From: Botryllus schlosseri
Taxonomy: Eukaryota
Direction of reading: 5' to 3'
Assembly: GCA_051294905.1 (NCBI GenBank)
Contig: CM119373.1
Location: 26,288,001-26,352,000 of the forward strand
DNA: 64,000 bases
Made by a program: the position numbers and the translations under genes. Positions 24,602 through 38,098 of this stretch are shown here, one piece after another. Under the pieces are notes generated by a model. It did no database searches and was not told where the DNA came from. It saw only the letters and a list, made by a program, of their open reading frames with translations. Numbering within the stretch: position 1 is the stretch's first letter; the number at the start of each line of letters is the position of its first letter.

Positions 24602-25675
24602 CGGACGAAAAGGCTTCACGTAAATCACGCTCGAAACTTTCCGAGGATCAGTAAGTGCAGTAAATTACAAGCCTTCGTTGTAGCGGCGCTGGCATGTAAC
24701 TATATTTTGCGTCTTATGTTGAGGTTTGTTTTGTGACAGCGTGTACCGTGAAGCCATGTTGGATTAATCAGAAAGTACGTGGCATTATCCGTACTGCGCA
24801 AAACATAATGTCAAAATTCATAAAATGCTCATTAAAATAATCCCCACCAATTTTTAACGAATCCAGGCGGGTTCGTGAACATATGATCATAAGATACAGT
24901 ATACGGCATTTGCCCGTTAACATATAGGTAAAACGTTATGGTTGCGGTGAGCCGTAGAGTTAGTGTTGCGGTTTTGAAGTGATATGCTCATATGCTAAAG
25001 TTTTTTGAGGTGATATGCTTGAGTGTCGTATGCTAAACTTACACTGGCATAAATATCGGGAAAAAGTCTTTACTATATGTGAATGAGGCTAAATTCACGA
25101 AAGTATTTTGAGTAGCGCGCTTGAATTGTAAAGTATGGACGGAAAGACCTTGTGATCATGGGTACAATTCAGTCAAGACTCTTTGTAGACACGGCGGACG
25201 TGGTCTCGTGTACAATGCACTTGGCTCGACGTGAAACCTCCTTGTGATTTTCTTTGTCGCATACTTTCATTTGTTTTCTCATTCGCAACCTCTGAATATG
25301 CTATATATGCTATATATGCTGTGTCTGTGTATATTGTCTGTGGTATAGTGGTCCATTATTCATACATTGTAGCGGCACATGTAATAATAACATGTAACAA
25401 ATAAACGTTGTCAATCTTGTAGCCAGATTTGTATCAGGTTACGCTGGTTCGAGGTTTGCAATAGGCCATTTGCAGGACTTAGATCATGTGACCCGTAGCG
25501 CATAGCAACCAGAAATTGGTTAGCACGCCAGTCGCTCGTACATTTGTTTCAATGCTAAATAACGCATAGTGTACTCTTGTTACTGGTGAAAAGAAAGAAA
25601 TTTACAGAAATAACAAAATTCACAGAAATTTAGTAGCCTACTGTTGTGCCAAGGCACAAAACCAAACTTTGTAAG

Positions 25676-26784
25676 TAGGGCGATTTTTTACCTAAAGATG
25701 GAAAATTTTGACCTAAAAAAATCAAAATGTTGACTTTTTTGACCTAAAAAACTGAATTTTGAGCAAATTTTGTCATCTCGTATGCAAATTAGGTGTTTTT
25801 CCACATAATGTTAACATTGTACTGCTTATCTTCATTTCTGGTTGCAACTGTTTGTCCTTACGACGTAGTTTGGCCTAAAAAAACGTTATTGGGTTAAAAA
25901 CTGACATATAGTACTTCAACGAAATCTGGCCCTATGAAGAACTCCAGTAGTTACATCACATATTATGGTAGCTACATTTTTGACATATCAGAAAAAGGAA
26001 AAATTTTGTCATAATTGAAGTGTTAGGTCAAATAATTGTCAAAATTGCTTACCAAATCAAAATTATTTTGCTACCTGCATTTCGTTTGTATCGTAGATGT
26101 ATGCACTGTCGGTAAACGTGTCATTTTACATTTTACATCTTGTAGCCTACTTTATAGGCCTACCGTCGTAGGCAGCCAATTTTATGCTCATTGTTAATCA
26201 TAAACGGTGAAATAACACAAAGAGGATGACATGGTCAACCAACCGCAATATCATATCTGAAGTAGAACTGGGTGGACATGGTTCTTATATCAAGAGGCGA
26301 ATGATGAAAAATTGTGATGTAGTGTATACACCATTGTCAGAATGAAGCAACGCGGTGTGTCACCAGCAGTGTAAGCACAACTTCGGTGTTGTCAGCCAAC
26401 AACTGATGCTGTTAAACGTTCTTTCTCCATTCTTGACAGGCTACTTTAAAAGGACAGAAACTTTCTACCCGAGAATGTAGGAAAGTATCTGTCGTTTTAG
26501 TGCACCAAATTTCAATTATTTCTACCATAATGCGTGTTGCAACTACTGAAATACTTCATACGACAAGATTTCGTTAAAATATTTTTTTCGTAGAGAAACT
26601 TGTGTTTTTAAGTCAGACAGACAGTTCAAATGGGAAAATTCTAACATTATGTGTGAAAAGACATAATTTACATAAATAGGGTCAAAATTTTGTCAAAATT
26701 TAGTTTTTTAAGGTAAAACAATATCCACATTTTGATTTTCTAGGTCAAAATCTTCTGTTTTTCAGGTAAAAAAAAGTCGCCTCA
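25676..26784. mobile_element. MITE with TTTTGACCTAAA-type subterminal repeats
   Basis: Imperfect TIRs TAGGGCGATTTTTTACC / GGTAAAAAAAAGTCGCCTCA; no convincing TSD. Confidence 0.55.
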
Positions 26785-27379
26785 GTGATGAGTGCTTTCA
26801 CTTTGATGCCTTTGTATTGTAAAAATTGCTTTCATTGCTATTCATTTGTTTTGATCAACTCTTGGAAACGGTGAGTTTACCTTAATGCATGAATGGATTT
26901 TGGATACTGTAGAATTGTTCAAAAAAGGTATTTGCGAACAGCCTTGTTGAATTTGTAGTTTTGTATTGTAAGAATTGCTTCCATTGCTGATTTTTGAGAT
27001 TTCATCTTGAATCATGAATGAATATACACTATACAGTATGTTCCAATGTCGTTTTGGGAGTGTGTTTTAGCATCGCGTTGTATTGCAATAGGTATAGATG
27101 CAAGTTATATTGACATGTAGGCCTATGCATGTAATCCTGCTTTACACGGACGGCATGTAGACCTGGCCAGTAAGTGGTAAGATTACAGTCTTGGTCGCAA
27201 GTGAATGTGCCGGAGAACATGTAGATTGGATCTATCGGACGTGACTGTATTCCTGTAACCAGGGCTTTGGAGTCGGATATGATGACTAAAAGAAGAAACA
27301 GAAAGGGCCATCAACCTGCGTCATGTCACTGTTCAGCATCAGGTTACGATGAAGGGGTGACCAAAAAAAGGTCAACATT

Positions 27380-27521
27380 TTCGGCCACAACTGAACATCA
27401 CGGCCCAATTGCCCGAGTGATGATCTTTTGTCTATTTATCACCGTCACAAATGGTTCAATATGTGGGCAAATTAGCGTATCACCAGGAATTAGGACGAAT
27501 CCAAGCAAGATCGAACACTGA
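27380..27521 (+). pseudogene. Possible degenerate Ty3/Gypsy RT fragment
   Basis: QYVG and SVSPGIRTNPSKIE in adjacent frames resemble the Gypsy RT motif YLGHIVS..GIRTDPSKIEAI. Confidence 0.3.
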
Positions 27522-28703
27522 CATTAGGCTGATGAGGATGGCATGTTGAGATACCGTAACTGCTCATGTCGACATCCTTGTATCTGTTCATTGCATCGCA
27601 TTGTACATCGTGTGTATTGACTGATTGAGCGGGTGAAAATAATAGAACCACCGATTATGCCACACTCAGAATTGGGATTCCTAATTTTTTTCTACGTCGA
27701 CTTGTTTACTACATTTTCTCGCGGTACCCTTGAGCAGTCCAATTGGCGCACTAATGTGCCGTGGCACACGGCTTGAGAACCACCGGTTTGGCGTGACGGC
27801 ACAATAACGGTTATAAATCGTATTGTCTTGCGGAGATGTAGGCTACACGAGCGATAGCAATCAAAAATAGCTTTACTAGAGACATGGGACGTGGTTGCAG
27901 AGATCAGTATCAGTACAATGTATAATAGTTGCGATTAATTGTCCGGCTATCTTATTGGCACCCATATGACTATACACAGTGGAAAATTGGCGTACCTACC
28001 AGATTTCCACCGTAGCGTTAAGCAGTGTTTCTTTACAACTGATACTAACCTAGGGAACACTTACTCTAATCTGCAAGCCTTCGCGGAACCCTAAATTTTC
28101 GCTGAGTCATAAAAACAAAAATCCATCACAATACACATTGCATTCAACATATTACTATAGATTACTGGTGCACAAAACGACCTGTGCACCAACAAAGTGT
28201 TAAACACCTATTACAATTTTCGTTGAGTCACAAGAACAAAAATCCCCCGCATTACACACCTAACTTAAACTATATATAGTTAGACGTAAACGCAGGTAAG
28301 ACATTGTTACTTAAACCAGGATTCACCAACACGCGGCCCGCAACCAGATTTAAGATTTCGGAAGAACATTCTGAAATGCTGAGACTGATTTCAGTTTAAA
28401 TATTTTGTTGTTGTTGTTCAAAATGAGCTATTCTCATGTGCCCAACATCACTATTCCTCACCAGCTGATGCAGCTTCGGCGATGGTAATAGCATTCCATG
28501 GGGGAGGAATTAGCTGATTTGAATTGGCATTGGGCATATTGCCTTAACGTGTGTATTGTGCAATGGCCCATACACTTGTTTAGAAAGCAACTTGGAGCTA
28601 CCCCACAAGATCAAGCTTTACGAGCAGATAGTTTCACAGCAAGTTGGCTACCGTGTCTAGCTAACCCCAATATCGATTCTTTAGTCGCTCAAAAGTGTTA
28701 TCG

Positions 28704-29286
28704 TAGGGTAAGTTTTTGCAACTTTTGCAACTTTTTTTACAGCTTCTGGAAGCTTCGTAAATACTCATAATGTATGTAGTATGGTGTTTTAATCTGTTTG
28801 GAGGAGTTTTATGTTGCAACTTTTTGCACCTTTTGTCTATATCTTTCATGCAACTTTTTTCTGCAACTTTTATCAAGTATTACGCAAAATATGCTATAAA
28901 ACTATAATAAAGACTAAATTAATGGATTTCAAGTGACAATGCGGCCCACCATAGGCGCCGGACGCAGGTATACTGGGTATGCCGTGTTTACCGCGCAATT
29001 TTTTCGGGTATGCGGCATACCTACTATTCCGTTAGTCATGAACTCACTGAACTGGTAAATTGTGCGAACCCTATGTAAATAAAAATGTAACCGTGATCGA
29101 TTGAATGGCGATGGAAAAAACGGAACAAGCAGACACCATGCAAATTTTAAACTGCTGGAACCTTTCGAGTATCTCATACCCTCATGATTTAAAAAAAATG
29201 TATAAATGCAACTTCTGCAACTTTTGTTAGAATTAAAAGAATAAATGCAACTTTCTCAGGTTTTTAGTGCAACAAAAATTGCCCTA
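28704..29286. mobile_element. MITE with GCAACTT subterminal repeats
   Basis: Termini TAGGGTAAGTTTTTGCAAC / GCAACAAAAATTGCCCTA; absent from the sister copy at ~51910; a related end lies at ~47300-47522. Confidence 0.7.
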
Positions 29287-29415
29287 TAGGTATCGTGCAC
29301 AGCTCATAGTTCAAAATAGAATGAAAGTGATGATAGTGATATTTTTTTTATATCTGTATTTCTTTTGTGGTAACTATATGCCCGTCGCGCACGTTAGAGA
29401 GCACATCGTTTTGCT

Positions 29416-29951
29416 TATGGTTGCATTTAAAACAAACATGTTTAAAAAATGCCCTTGTTTAAAACATGTTTTTTCAGTCATGACGTCACGAATCTTTAAT
29501 TGTGACTTCAGATTGGATTGACATTAACAATTGAAAAAATAGGGTAAATATGGGTCCTTCGACGAAAAGGGCCCCCAGACACTGTCATAAAGATACCAAA
29601 AATATCTTTAACCGAGACTACATCGTTAGGCAGCATTTTTACAGTCGGCGGTCATCATCACCAGAGCCTCCATTCCGTGCCAATAATTTATATCTAATAA
29701 TTGCAGCTGTTGAGCCGACGACGATTTCGAGGGTTACAGCAACTCCACAACGTTTACTTCGACTATATTGGGTGCAAATAGTCAGTATAGGCTCATACTA
29801 CATGTTCTTTCGACAGTATTTACATAATTATGCCTTAATCATACAATGATTAAAAAAATTAAATTTTTTCATGGCATTTGTTTAAGAAACTGTTTCAAAC
29901 ATGTATTAAACTAAGTGTTTTGAAACACTTTTTGTTTTAAATGCAACCCTG
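29416..29951. mobile_element. hAT-type MITE (GGTTGCATTTAAAAC TIR family)
   Basis: TIRs TATGGTTGCATTTAAAAC / GTTTTAAATGCAACCCTG, TSD GTTTTGCT/GTTGTGCT (7/8); empty site at ~52060; relatives at ~5530-5660 and ~62569-63058. Confidence 0.8.
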
Positions 29952-30410
29952 GTTGTGCTGACGTGAAGGTTTAAAAACGTGGTTGATAAACTGTGTGGCC
30001 TATGTTATCTCCATATTGAATTCATGCGGCCCCGTCATCTACAAAATTTGAAAAGTGGCCCGCGACACGTTTCGAGTGGGCCACCCATGACTTGAGCACT
30101 TCTAATACATTGCTGTAGTTTACTGCTGCATACCAAGAAATGTACAATGTAAACTGTATATTAACATAGATTTAAAATAACAAAAAAAACGTGAAAACAT
30201 GATTTTACTACAAAACGGAAGCATTGTAGTGAATATGAATTCGAAATCAGTGAATTCTACTGTTCCCTTTCAGATATCAGTTCATAAATGCAAGTCTTCA
30301 CCTTGGAAACTAAGATAGACAATGGTGATGATAATTATCCAAAGACATCGCTGTTCTGTATTATTCACAGCTTGTATGGGGTCAGAGATTATTTCTCACT
30401 GCATCACAAA

Positions 30411-30788
30411 ATGGAGATACTTCACCTGCGTCCTTCGGATATACGCTTCATTAGAAATACCATCTCTCCGAGATTCAGCGATGGCGGCCACGTTAACACG
30501 GTCGCAAACGAGCTTATGAGTGGCTTACTGGACGAAGAGTAGCCTACATTACCACGATGGAGGTGTTTTGGGATGACCAGGATCACATCTACTACACGCG
30601 AGACAACCGCATGCTGTATGTATACCGGATGGCTGAATATCGAAGACGTATCGAGGCATGCAAGTGTTTGTCGACCGGAAACGTCCAGGTGACTACGAAA
30701 AGATCACCACGAAAAATAACGGGACTACCGTACGCCTTCGGAACGGCGCCAGAACACTTGAGCATTGTGACTGCGAAAAAGGGAATCG
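30411..30788 (+). pseudogene. ParB/sulfiredoxin-like exon, copy A (disabled)
   Basis: MEILHLRPSDIRFIRNTISPRFSDGGHVNTVANELMSGLL...TMEVFWDDQDHIYYTRDNRMLYVYR...KITTKNNGTTVRLRNG is colinear with 45220-45593; net +5 nt at ~30540 (creates TAG) and -1 nt at ~30656; ends CG|GTGAAT. Confidence 0.85.
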
Positions 30789-31419
30789 GTGAATTACGTG
30801 ATTTACCCTTTAACGTATAGTAATAGTGATTCGAACCGTTACTAAGGCTTGGCTGGTCAGAACCGATCATCTGAGGGATTTGATACCCAATCGAATATTC
30901 GGCTTCTAGTCGTCTCAAATATTCGAGCATCACATATTATGACGTCACTAGTGTCCGGATAATATAGAAAGTTCAAATATGTTCATTTTATGCGACCACA
31001 AAAGGGGATGGCGTGTAAATACATGCAGATATCTAAAAAATCGCAATAGAGATAATATTAGCACGGGACCTACGATAACTTATCGTGGGCCCCGGTTAGC
31101 AATTTTTCGACCGTTCCTATTCCCTCTGCACTCTGTGACAATGCTGAGGGTTGATATAGACTTCACTGAAATGACGTTCCCATTTACGTGCGTAACGTTG
31201 CGCTATGTTTAGATGTGTGGTACCAAATATATCCGTTTCGTGCTAATGCTCAAATGTAGATCAAATGAGATCATGGCCAGTAAAACCAAAATGGTCTGTC
31301 GAAACGAGTCGTGGGTTTGGCCGAGGATGGCACTACCGAATTACTTCGACTACTTTTTGGCGTACTTTGGCAGATTTTCCCAACTTGCATTATACTTGCT
31401 CAAGTAACAATGATTTCTG

Positions 31420-33225
31420 GGCAACTCTAAACGGCGGACCGCGGAACGGCGCAACATGTAATACTAAACGGCGTACCGAGTGAAACTGCGGACCGAGCGG
31501 ACCAAGACAAAATAGCTCAAATCTAAACGCCGGAACGAGCGGGCCGCGGAACAGGCGAAACGTGCAATACTAAACGGATGGCCAAGCGGAATCGCGGACC
31601 GAGTGAACTATTACAACGACCAAAATGGAAACGGCAGACCGCGGATCAGACGCAACTCGCAAATGTCGCAATACTCCTACCTTTTCAAACGGTGTCATTA
31701 TTCTTGACAATAAGGAGCATACCGAACATGAGGACATCTTGTCTGGGGCATTGGTTCTCAACCTTTTTGACCTCGCCGCAACCTTTGGAAATGAAAAATA
31801 GTTCGCGGCACACCATCACAGAGGTCCTGAACTTTTTTGGCTTAAGGCACCTGCAAACTTCCAAAATACTTATTAGGACGAAGTAGAAACGCCGACTGAT
31901 GAAACCACCTCTTCAGTCAATCCACAATTTTTCTGTACTTCCTTTTTAAAATAAACTTCTCCATTTTAATAATTCGAAAAGTAAACTTTTGTACATAAAG
32001 CGTCCCTCATATAGCTTACTAAGCCGTGATAGGAAGTCGTCGTTTACCTAGGGCCAGAATACTGTTCCTTAGTGAGTACAACAAACAGGCGCATTCAGAC
32101 GATTGGTTGAAGAGGCCAAACACGATCGCCGCTAACTAATACAGCGAGGCGTGTACATTGTACAATGCATTTTCACTCAGATCGTGAGGATAGCCATCCT
32201 CAAGTGCTACCGACCGCCACCCGCAGCTCAATTATACTCTCAACAAATCGAGATTATAACCTTAGGGGCGAAGCGAAGAGGTTTGGTAACTGATATATTT
32301 TGATCAACCATACTTCTCAATACTCATATTCGTTGACAGTAACATTACGTTGTGCTATACATACCTACATTTTAACGGAAATGCCGGCACGATACCTAAC
32401 AATTTTGGATGGCCATGTTTGAAATTCGAATTTCTAAACGCGAATGTCAATTCAAAAGGAGTTCATTTCTCGCTGGTGATTGGGGATGGGGAGACAATGA
32501 GGATTAGAAAACTGCATTGTCAACAGGCGCTGCTATGCCTGCTCTTCTCTGCGTGCTATCAATCAACGTATTGTGCAAAACTGAATTCATCGTTCAAGGC
32601 ACGCAATCTGCCCGTTAAAGCGATTTCGAGGATTGATTGCGGGCATAACATCAATTTCGATTTACGAAATGTACAAACTTCATATCAAGCTCAATTTAGA
32701 ATATTGATCGTTTGCTTTAGACCAGAATCATTTTGCGCATAATATCAAAATTCCGAAGAAATCTCTCGCGGCACACATGCGAGACAAAAATGGCACACCG
32801 GTTGAGAACCACTGGTCTAGGGTAACTATGTGGTGTGTTCGAGCGTGGAAACGCAGTACCAACACACTCCTAACACAACCCAGACGTGCGTGCTGTGTTG
32901 CCCGGGTGGCAACCCAGTGGGAAAACACTCCAAACATACCCCAGACTTGATGTCAGAGGAATAGGAATACTGAGAGATGCGCCTGATCCGCGGTCCGCCG
33001 TTTACATTGCAAACTTTATGATTGTCCGCCGGTCCGCAGTTCTGCTCGGTCCGCCGTGTAGTATTACATGTTCCGGTGTTCCGCGGTCCACCGCAGGGAT
33101 ATCTAAAGATATCCCTGGTCCACCGTTTAGATTTGGGCTATATTGTATCGGGCCGCAGCGCCGATTGGTCCGCCGTTTAGTATTGCGAGTTCCGCGGTCC
33201 GCTCGTTCTGCCGTTTAGAGTTGCC
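31420..33225. mobile_element. Non-autonomous TIR element with GC-rich GCGGACCG subterminal arrays (superfamily unassigned)
   Basis: TIRs GGCAACTCTAAACGGC / GCCGTTTAGAGTTGCC; many GCGGACCG/CGGTCCGC motifs in opposite orientation at each end; TSD not resolved. Confidence 0.75.
31749..32814. mobile_element. Charlie-like hAT MITE nested in 31420-33225
   Basis: TIRs CATTGGTTCTCAACC / GGTTGAGAACCACTG, TSD GTCTGGGG/GTCTAGGG (7/8). Confidence 0.85.
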
Positions 33226-33974
33226 AATAAATGTAGTCTAATTTCGCTTTTTCTGAAAACTTTTTCGGCAGATCAATTGATTTTTACACATTACCTTTTG
33301 TAATGGAAAAAGTGGTTTTTAAGTTGAGTTTTTCATCACTCTTATGACTGAAATTGTCATACTAGCCTGGCGAAATAGCCCTTGTATCACAGTAATAGAA
33401 TATGTTGTCGAAAATTGCACATACAGTTGAAGTATCGTAATTGATTTTCCATTATTCGCGAAAATGCACGCTACAAATACAAATAGTCACTTCAGATTAA
33501 GTGTGAAAGTACGCGAGGCGTCAATTAAATCTACACCCCTTTCATAACCCCATTTTCCCATTCTGCTGGAAGTATGATTCGATCATTCTCGAAATTGATC
33601 CTTCTACTTGTGCTTGAGCACAAATCTACGGCGTTACTGCTCCTTCTATTGTAGTATAGGTCTGACTGCTTTGGCCACCTTTGGAATTACGAACACAAAC
33701 TCAGTCGATTCGAATGCCGAATAGATGACATGCCCATACCATTCAACACGACACGGCTCCGAAATTCATCAAATAAAAATGCGTTGCGTAGTTGGTGATG
33801 TCTTTCGATGAACAGGGACAGTGACTTAATAATACTATGTTGAAGCCGCTGGGGTCGCCGCTATTTTGATACATTGTCCCCACGTAAACGAATTTTCATG
33901 ACACGTTCGTTTGCGTATTTATTCATGCTACCAGGCATAAACTTGTATGCGGACATGATTTGTAGCATCTAGTA

Positions 33975-34337
33975 CAGTGGTTCCCAACGTGGGCGATATC
34001 ACCCCCCGGGGGGCGATTTGCGGTCTTGGGGGCGAAAATGACGAAGGGGCGACAGGGGGCGAAAATGGACAAATGGGGCGACGGGGGGCGAAAATAGCGA
34101 AGGGGGCGATGACGCGTCAAAACGGCTGACCATTTTTTTAAAAGTCAACCCACGGAAATTTAGTTACAAAAGTGTGTCAAATTAGACATCGAGCCGAAAA
34201 TTTGACCTTTTTTTTAGTCAACCCGCCGGTGTATGCCGGTTTGTATGCCCAATTTTCGGTATACAAAATTTGGGGGGGCGATGATCGGTGTTGACATTGA
34301 AAAGATGCGATGGGTCGAAAAAGGTTGGGAACCACTG
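33975..34337. mobile_element. Charlie-like hAT MITE with internal GGGGGCGA repeats
   Basis: TIRs CAGTGGTTCCCAAC / GTTGGGAACCACTG, perfect TSD ATCTAGTA. Confidence 0.92.
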
Positions 34338-34568
34338 ATCTAGTACAATATCGGTGTAATAATAGATCCGAGCTGGAATCGATTTGAGATCGTGTCCAAA
34401 TCCAAGCTCGTGTCTGGCATAGCTACCTAAATTCACTTGAAAGTTAATGCAATTAGTGCACGACGTAGTTACCACCCTGGCTGGGGACTCCAATTCATGA
34501 CACGAAAGAGACTATCCATTAAAAATAGGCTGCGCCCTGTCAATAGCTTTACCAAATAATTTCTTAAG

Positions 34569-35200
34569 GGAATTTGACAAAGATGGACAGCGATGGTCGC
34601 CCTCGCGTATGTGGACGTCCTTACACCTCTGAGTGGACAGCATCATTTTCTCCATTCTCGAAATCTCGATCGATACGGAGTTCGAGATCACAAACAACGA
34701 GATATTTGTGTTGACTATGTTTTCGAAGTATACAATGACTCCATAACAATCTACAGTGACGGCTCGCTCCAAGTTTCACGACTGCGCGGGCATAGCAGTA
34801 TTTATCCCTGATGATGATCATGAAACTATTATTAAGTGGCGTTTCTCAAATCAACTATCCAGTATCTCACTGGAGCTGCCGGAAATATTATCGGGCTTGA
34901 GGTGGATAGTGCAGTACGGAAAGTCTTCAAAATATGATATTCTTTAGAATTGCCTGACTGGCCTTCAGCTTATCGGTCACTCGAGCTAAGAACCGCATTC
35001 ACGGCAAGGCACAATCCTGGGTGACATAATTTCGTTACAGCAACAAGCAAGCAAAATCGGTGTAGGCTTCCATTTCGTCTGGATAAAAGGGCATGTCGGA
35101 ATTCAACGAAAGGAAATTGCTGACGTGTCCACGAAAGAGACGGCGAACGATGATTCGTCTGCTTGGTTCCCGATCTGGCCACACGAGTGTTGTTACCAGA
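34569..35200 (+). pseudogene. LINE-derived RNase H exon, copy A (disabled)
   Basis: Acceptor TTTCTTAAG|G; colinear with 49420-50008 (YSDGS, GIAVFIPDD, SLELPEI, FVWIKGHVGI, EIADVSTKE, FPIW); stops at 34630-34632, 34945-34947 and ~34987, plus frameshifts. Confidence 0.85.
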
Positions 35201-36212
35201 GTACTACCAACAGCTTTGAAACAATGAATAAACCCGTGGCCAAAAGGGTCCCGCTACAATCAGTTCCAAAAACAAATTTTGCCAGCTTGCCTGAAACAAA
35301 CAACCGTCAGTATGACGCATTTTACAGTCCACGGTCTATTCTATACAATCCATACGTTTTTGGAAATCTTTTCTCTATATTAGTGGTTCATGAATTTGGG
35401 TCAGTGGACCCGTTTAGGGTTCGCGGATTAGATTACATACCACACCAAATTCGTTGGATAATCTCTCTAACGGTTAATAAGTAAATGATCCATGAGCGAA
35501 ATGGTAGAATCTTCGATAGTAATCAGCAGATTCGGGAAACTGTGGATTTAGCATAATTATTAGGCAGTTTCCTGTCGACATCGACATGATTCTAACTAAC
35601 AGATTAAGTCTCTTTCTTGAACGTTTTGTTCTCGGTTAGATATGTTTTCATGATAGATGGAAAATCGAAGCCCCTTATGGTTAGGTAGTGAAGGCTATGA
35701 GCCAGAAGTGTGAGTAGCCCTTTGAAATCATTATTATATTTAATATTTTGACCTGTAAATGTGGAAACCCAAGCCCCCCCCCATTTGAGGAGTCCAAGAT
35801 TTAGCGCATATATGAACAAAATAAGAAGAATATACCTTGGTAGATTTATTTAACTGAAACGAATTTGTAATCGCGTGCGTCCCACGAAACGAGTTTTTTA
35901 GGGGACGATTGTCTTATTCTATCATTATCTAGTAATCAACTTTCCAAATATGCTCGTGAGTATGTCTGTGCGATGGTGCTGAATTTTTATTTTCAGTAAT
36001 CAGCTTACCAAATTTAGAGGTGGGTCACAAATTTGATCCTCGCACGAAAAAAATCACATGTTAAATATAGGAATAGAATTGTTGTTGTACTTGGTAGAAA
36101 GTAAGCATACCCTTATAGAAATTATGGTTTACATAGACACCATGCGAAAAGAGAAATGCATCATGCAATCGTGGAAAGTGTCGAGTTATAATCTTGCGGC
36201 TGCCGGATTACT

Positions 36213-38098
36213 CTTATTATTATTATTACAAACATGAGTGGTGCTTTTCGCCATTTATGGTCTTGTGCGCCACGGTCGTCAGGAAATTCAAATCAAGCAG
36301 TAACTAAATGAACTTATTACAACTTATCACGAACTCAGCGATGGCTGTGGACAATTGCGATGACGAGAGTATAGGTTGCGTATGGTGAACGGTATATGTA
36401 ACTGATTGCAATAGGTAATAAAAATGATCGATGAAAGTCGTATTTAATGCACGATATCAAAATGTGTTCGACTGTTTCGATGACATCGCATTCTTCGCAC
36501 ATCGGAGAGTCCGAGCAGCCGATTCTGAATAAATGGGATGCTACTCCACAGTGTCCTGACCGTAGTCGAAATATCAGGCGTTCGATATAGCGACTGCCGT
36601 TTTTCTCCGGTCCTGTGGTGAGTGTGCTGTGGAATTGCTTGTAGTGGGATTCCCGTTCATCGGCAGAGTATTCGCATTGCCAGATCTCTTGGGTAACTCT
36701 TTTCATTGCGGCTTTGGCGTCTGGCACGGTAATAATTGGAGTTTGGCTCGATTGATCTTGCGTTGACGAGCCTACTCGGGCTAATTCGTCTGCTTTTTCG
36801 TTACCTGGAATTCCTGCGTGTCCCGGAACCCAAAAAAATTCAACAGCGATACCGGTATCATGGATATGTTTAAATATTTCCAATATGGATACAATCACGT
36901 TATTTGATGGTCGGTTCAGAGGTCTATAAACCGTCGTTAATGCGGATAGGCAATCTGAGAAGATGACGTAAGTGTGGTTTCGCGTGCCGTGGTCGAGTAT
37001 CCAAAATAATGCATGTTGAATCGGCTTCAATTCCATTGTAAAGGCTGATGATATCGGTGAGCAGGTACGAGAGATTGCGATATCATGTACCGGAATATAT
37101 ACCCCGTAACCAGCGCGATTGGATTTTTGGAACCGTCTGTGTAGATTGCCACACTGCCCCCATATCGTTCAAACATGAAATCTAGGCATATCGATTTGAT
37201 GTTTTCCAGTATTTCGCATTCCGAAGTGTATTTAAGTAGATCCAGGTCTGCGACGGGAATCGGTATTGTCCATGGTGGTGTGGTTAACCACTGTTGTGTC
37301 CCAACTGTCACGCGAGTATATGCGATCGTGAAATGATGTTAAAAGCTTTAAAATTCGGTTTTGTGATGCAATATATTTCATGCCACGAGTCTTCTACTAC
37401 GTTAAGACAAGGATGTCGAGGCGGTTGTTGTCCAAGTAATTGGCATCGGTAATTCGTGCTTAGATACTTGTGTCGTATGTCTAAGGGCATTTCGCCGCAC
37501 GCTGCTTGCAATACCCAGGCGGGTGTGCTACGCATAGCTCAACAGCAGATCCGTAGCGCAGCGTTTTGTATCGTCTGGAGCCGCTGTAGGTGACATTTAG
37601 GAGCGAAATAATACGCGGGAAGTGCATAGTCAATAAGTGACCGGATAAACGTTCTGTACACGATCAGTAGAGTTTCTGATATGGTATATCTGTGAGGAGG
37701 AGGAGCACATTCAATCTCCTGCAGCATTTAGCACTTATTTCCTCAATATGATATTTATACGATAGATTGTTGTCAAATATAACCCTGAGAAATTTGAACT
37801 TTTCGGACACTACGACTGGTGTGTTATCAATCCGTAACGCAAGTTCCGGGAGCGAGCGCTTCTTAGTGAATTACATTGCTACGCTTTTGGATTTCGATAG
37901 TATGAAGCCCCATTGTAAACATTAGCGCTAGATTGCATCCAAGGACATTTGTACCTCTGAAATTAGCGATGTTACGTTGAGACCACTTTGCCATAAGACA
38001 CAATCATCCACGAAAAGAGAATTCTCTCAACGTATTACCGAGGTTAAGTCGTTGATCATCACTCTGAAGAGTAGAGGCGACGTGTTTGGACCCTGAGT
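36213..38098 (-). mobile_element. 5'-truncated I-group (I/Nimb-like) LINE: RT end, RNase H, CCHC, (TAA)n tail
   Basis: SPLLFRVMINDL and LFVDDCVLW (RT), YRTFIRSLIDYA, LQTIQNAALRIC, PPWTIP, IYTDGSK, IFSDCLSAL, WVPGHAGIPGNEKADELAR, CEECDVIETVEHILISC; TTATTATTATTATT tail at ~36213; several frameshifts. Confidence 0.92.

Larger units (their letters stand above)
28317..30089 (+). mobile_element. hAT MITE (CAACACGCGGCCCGC family) carrying two nested MITEs
   Basis: Left end CAGGGATTCACCAACACGCGGCCCGC, right end GTGGCCCGCG...GTGGGCCACCCATG, TSD ACTTAAAC/ACTTGAGC (6/8); colinear with 51361-52185 once the inserts are removed. Confidence 0.75.

Noticed and set aside
24960-25465. Possible solo LTR (TGTTGC...AATAAA...GCAATA)
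   Set aside because: No matching TSD, imperfect termini and no second copy in the window; may simply be the channel gene's 3' region.
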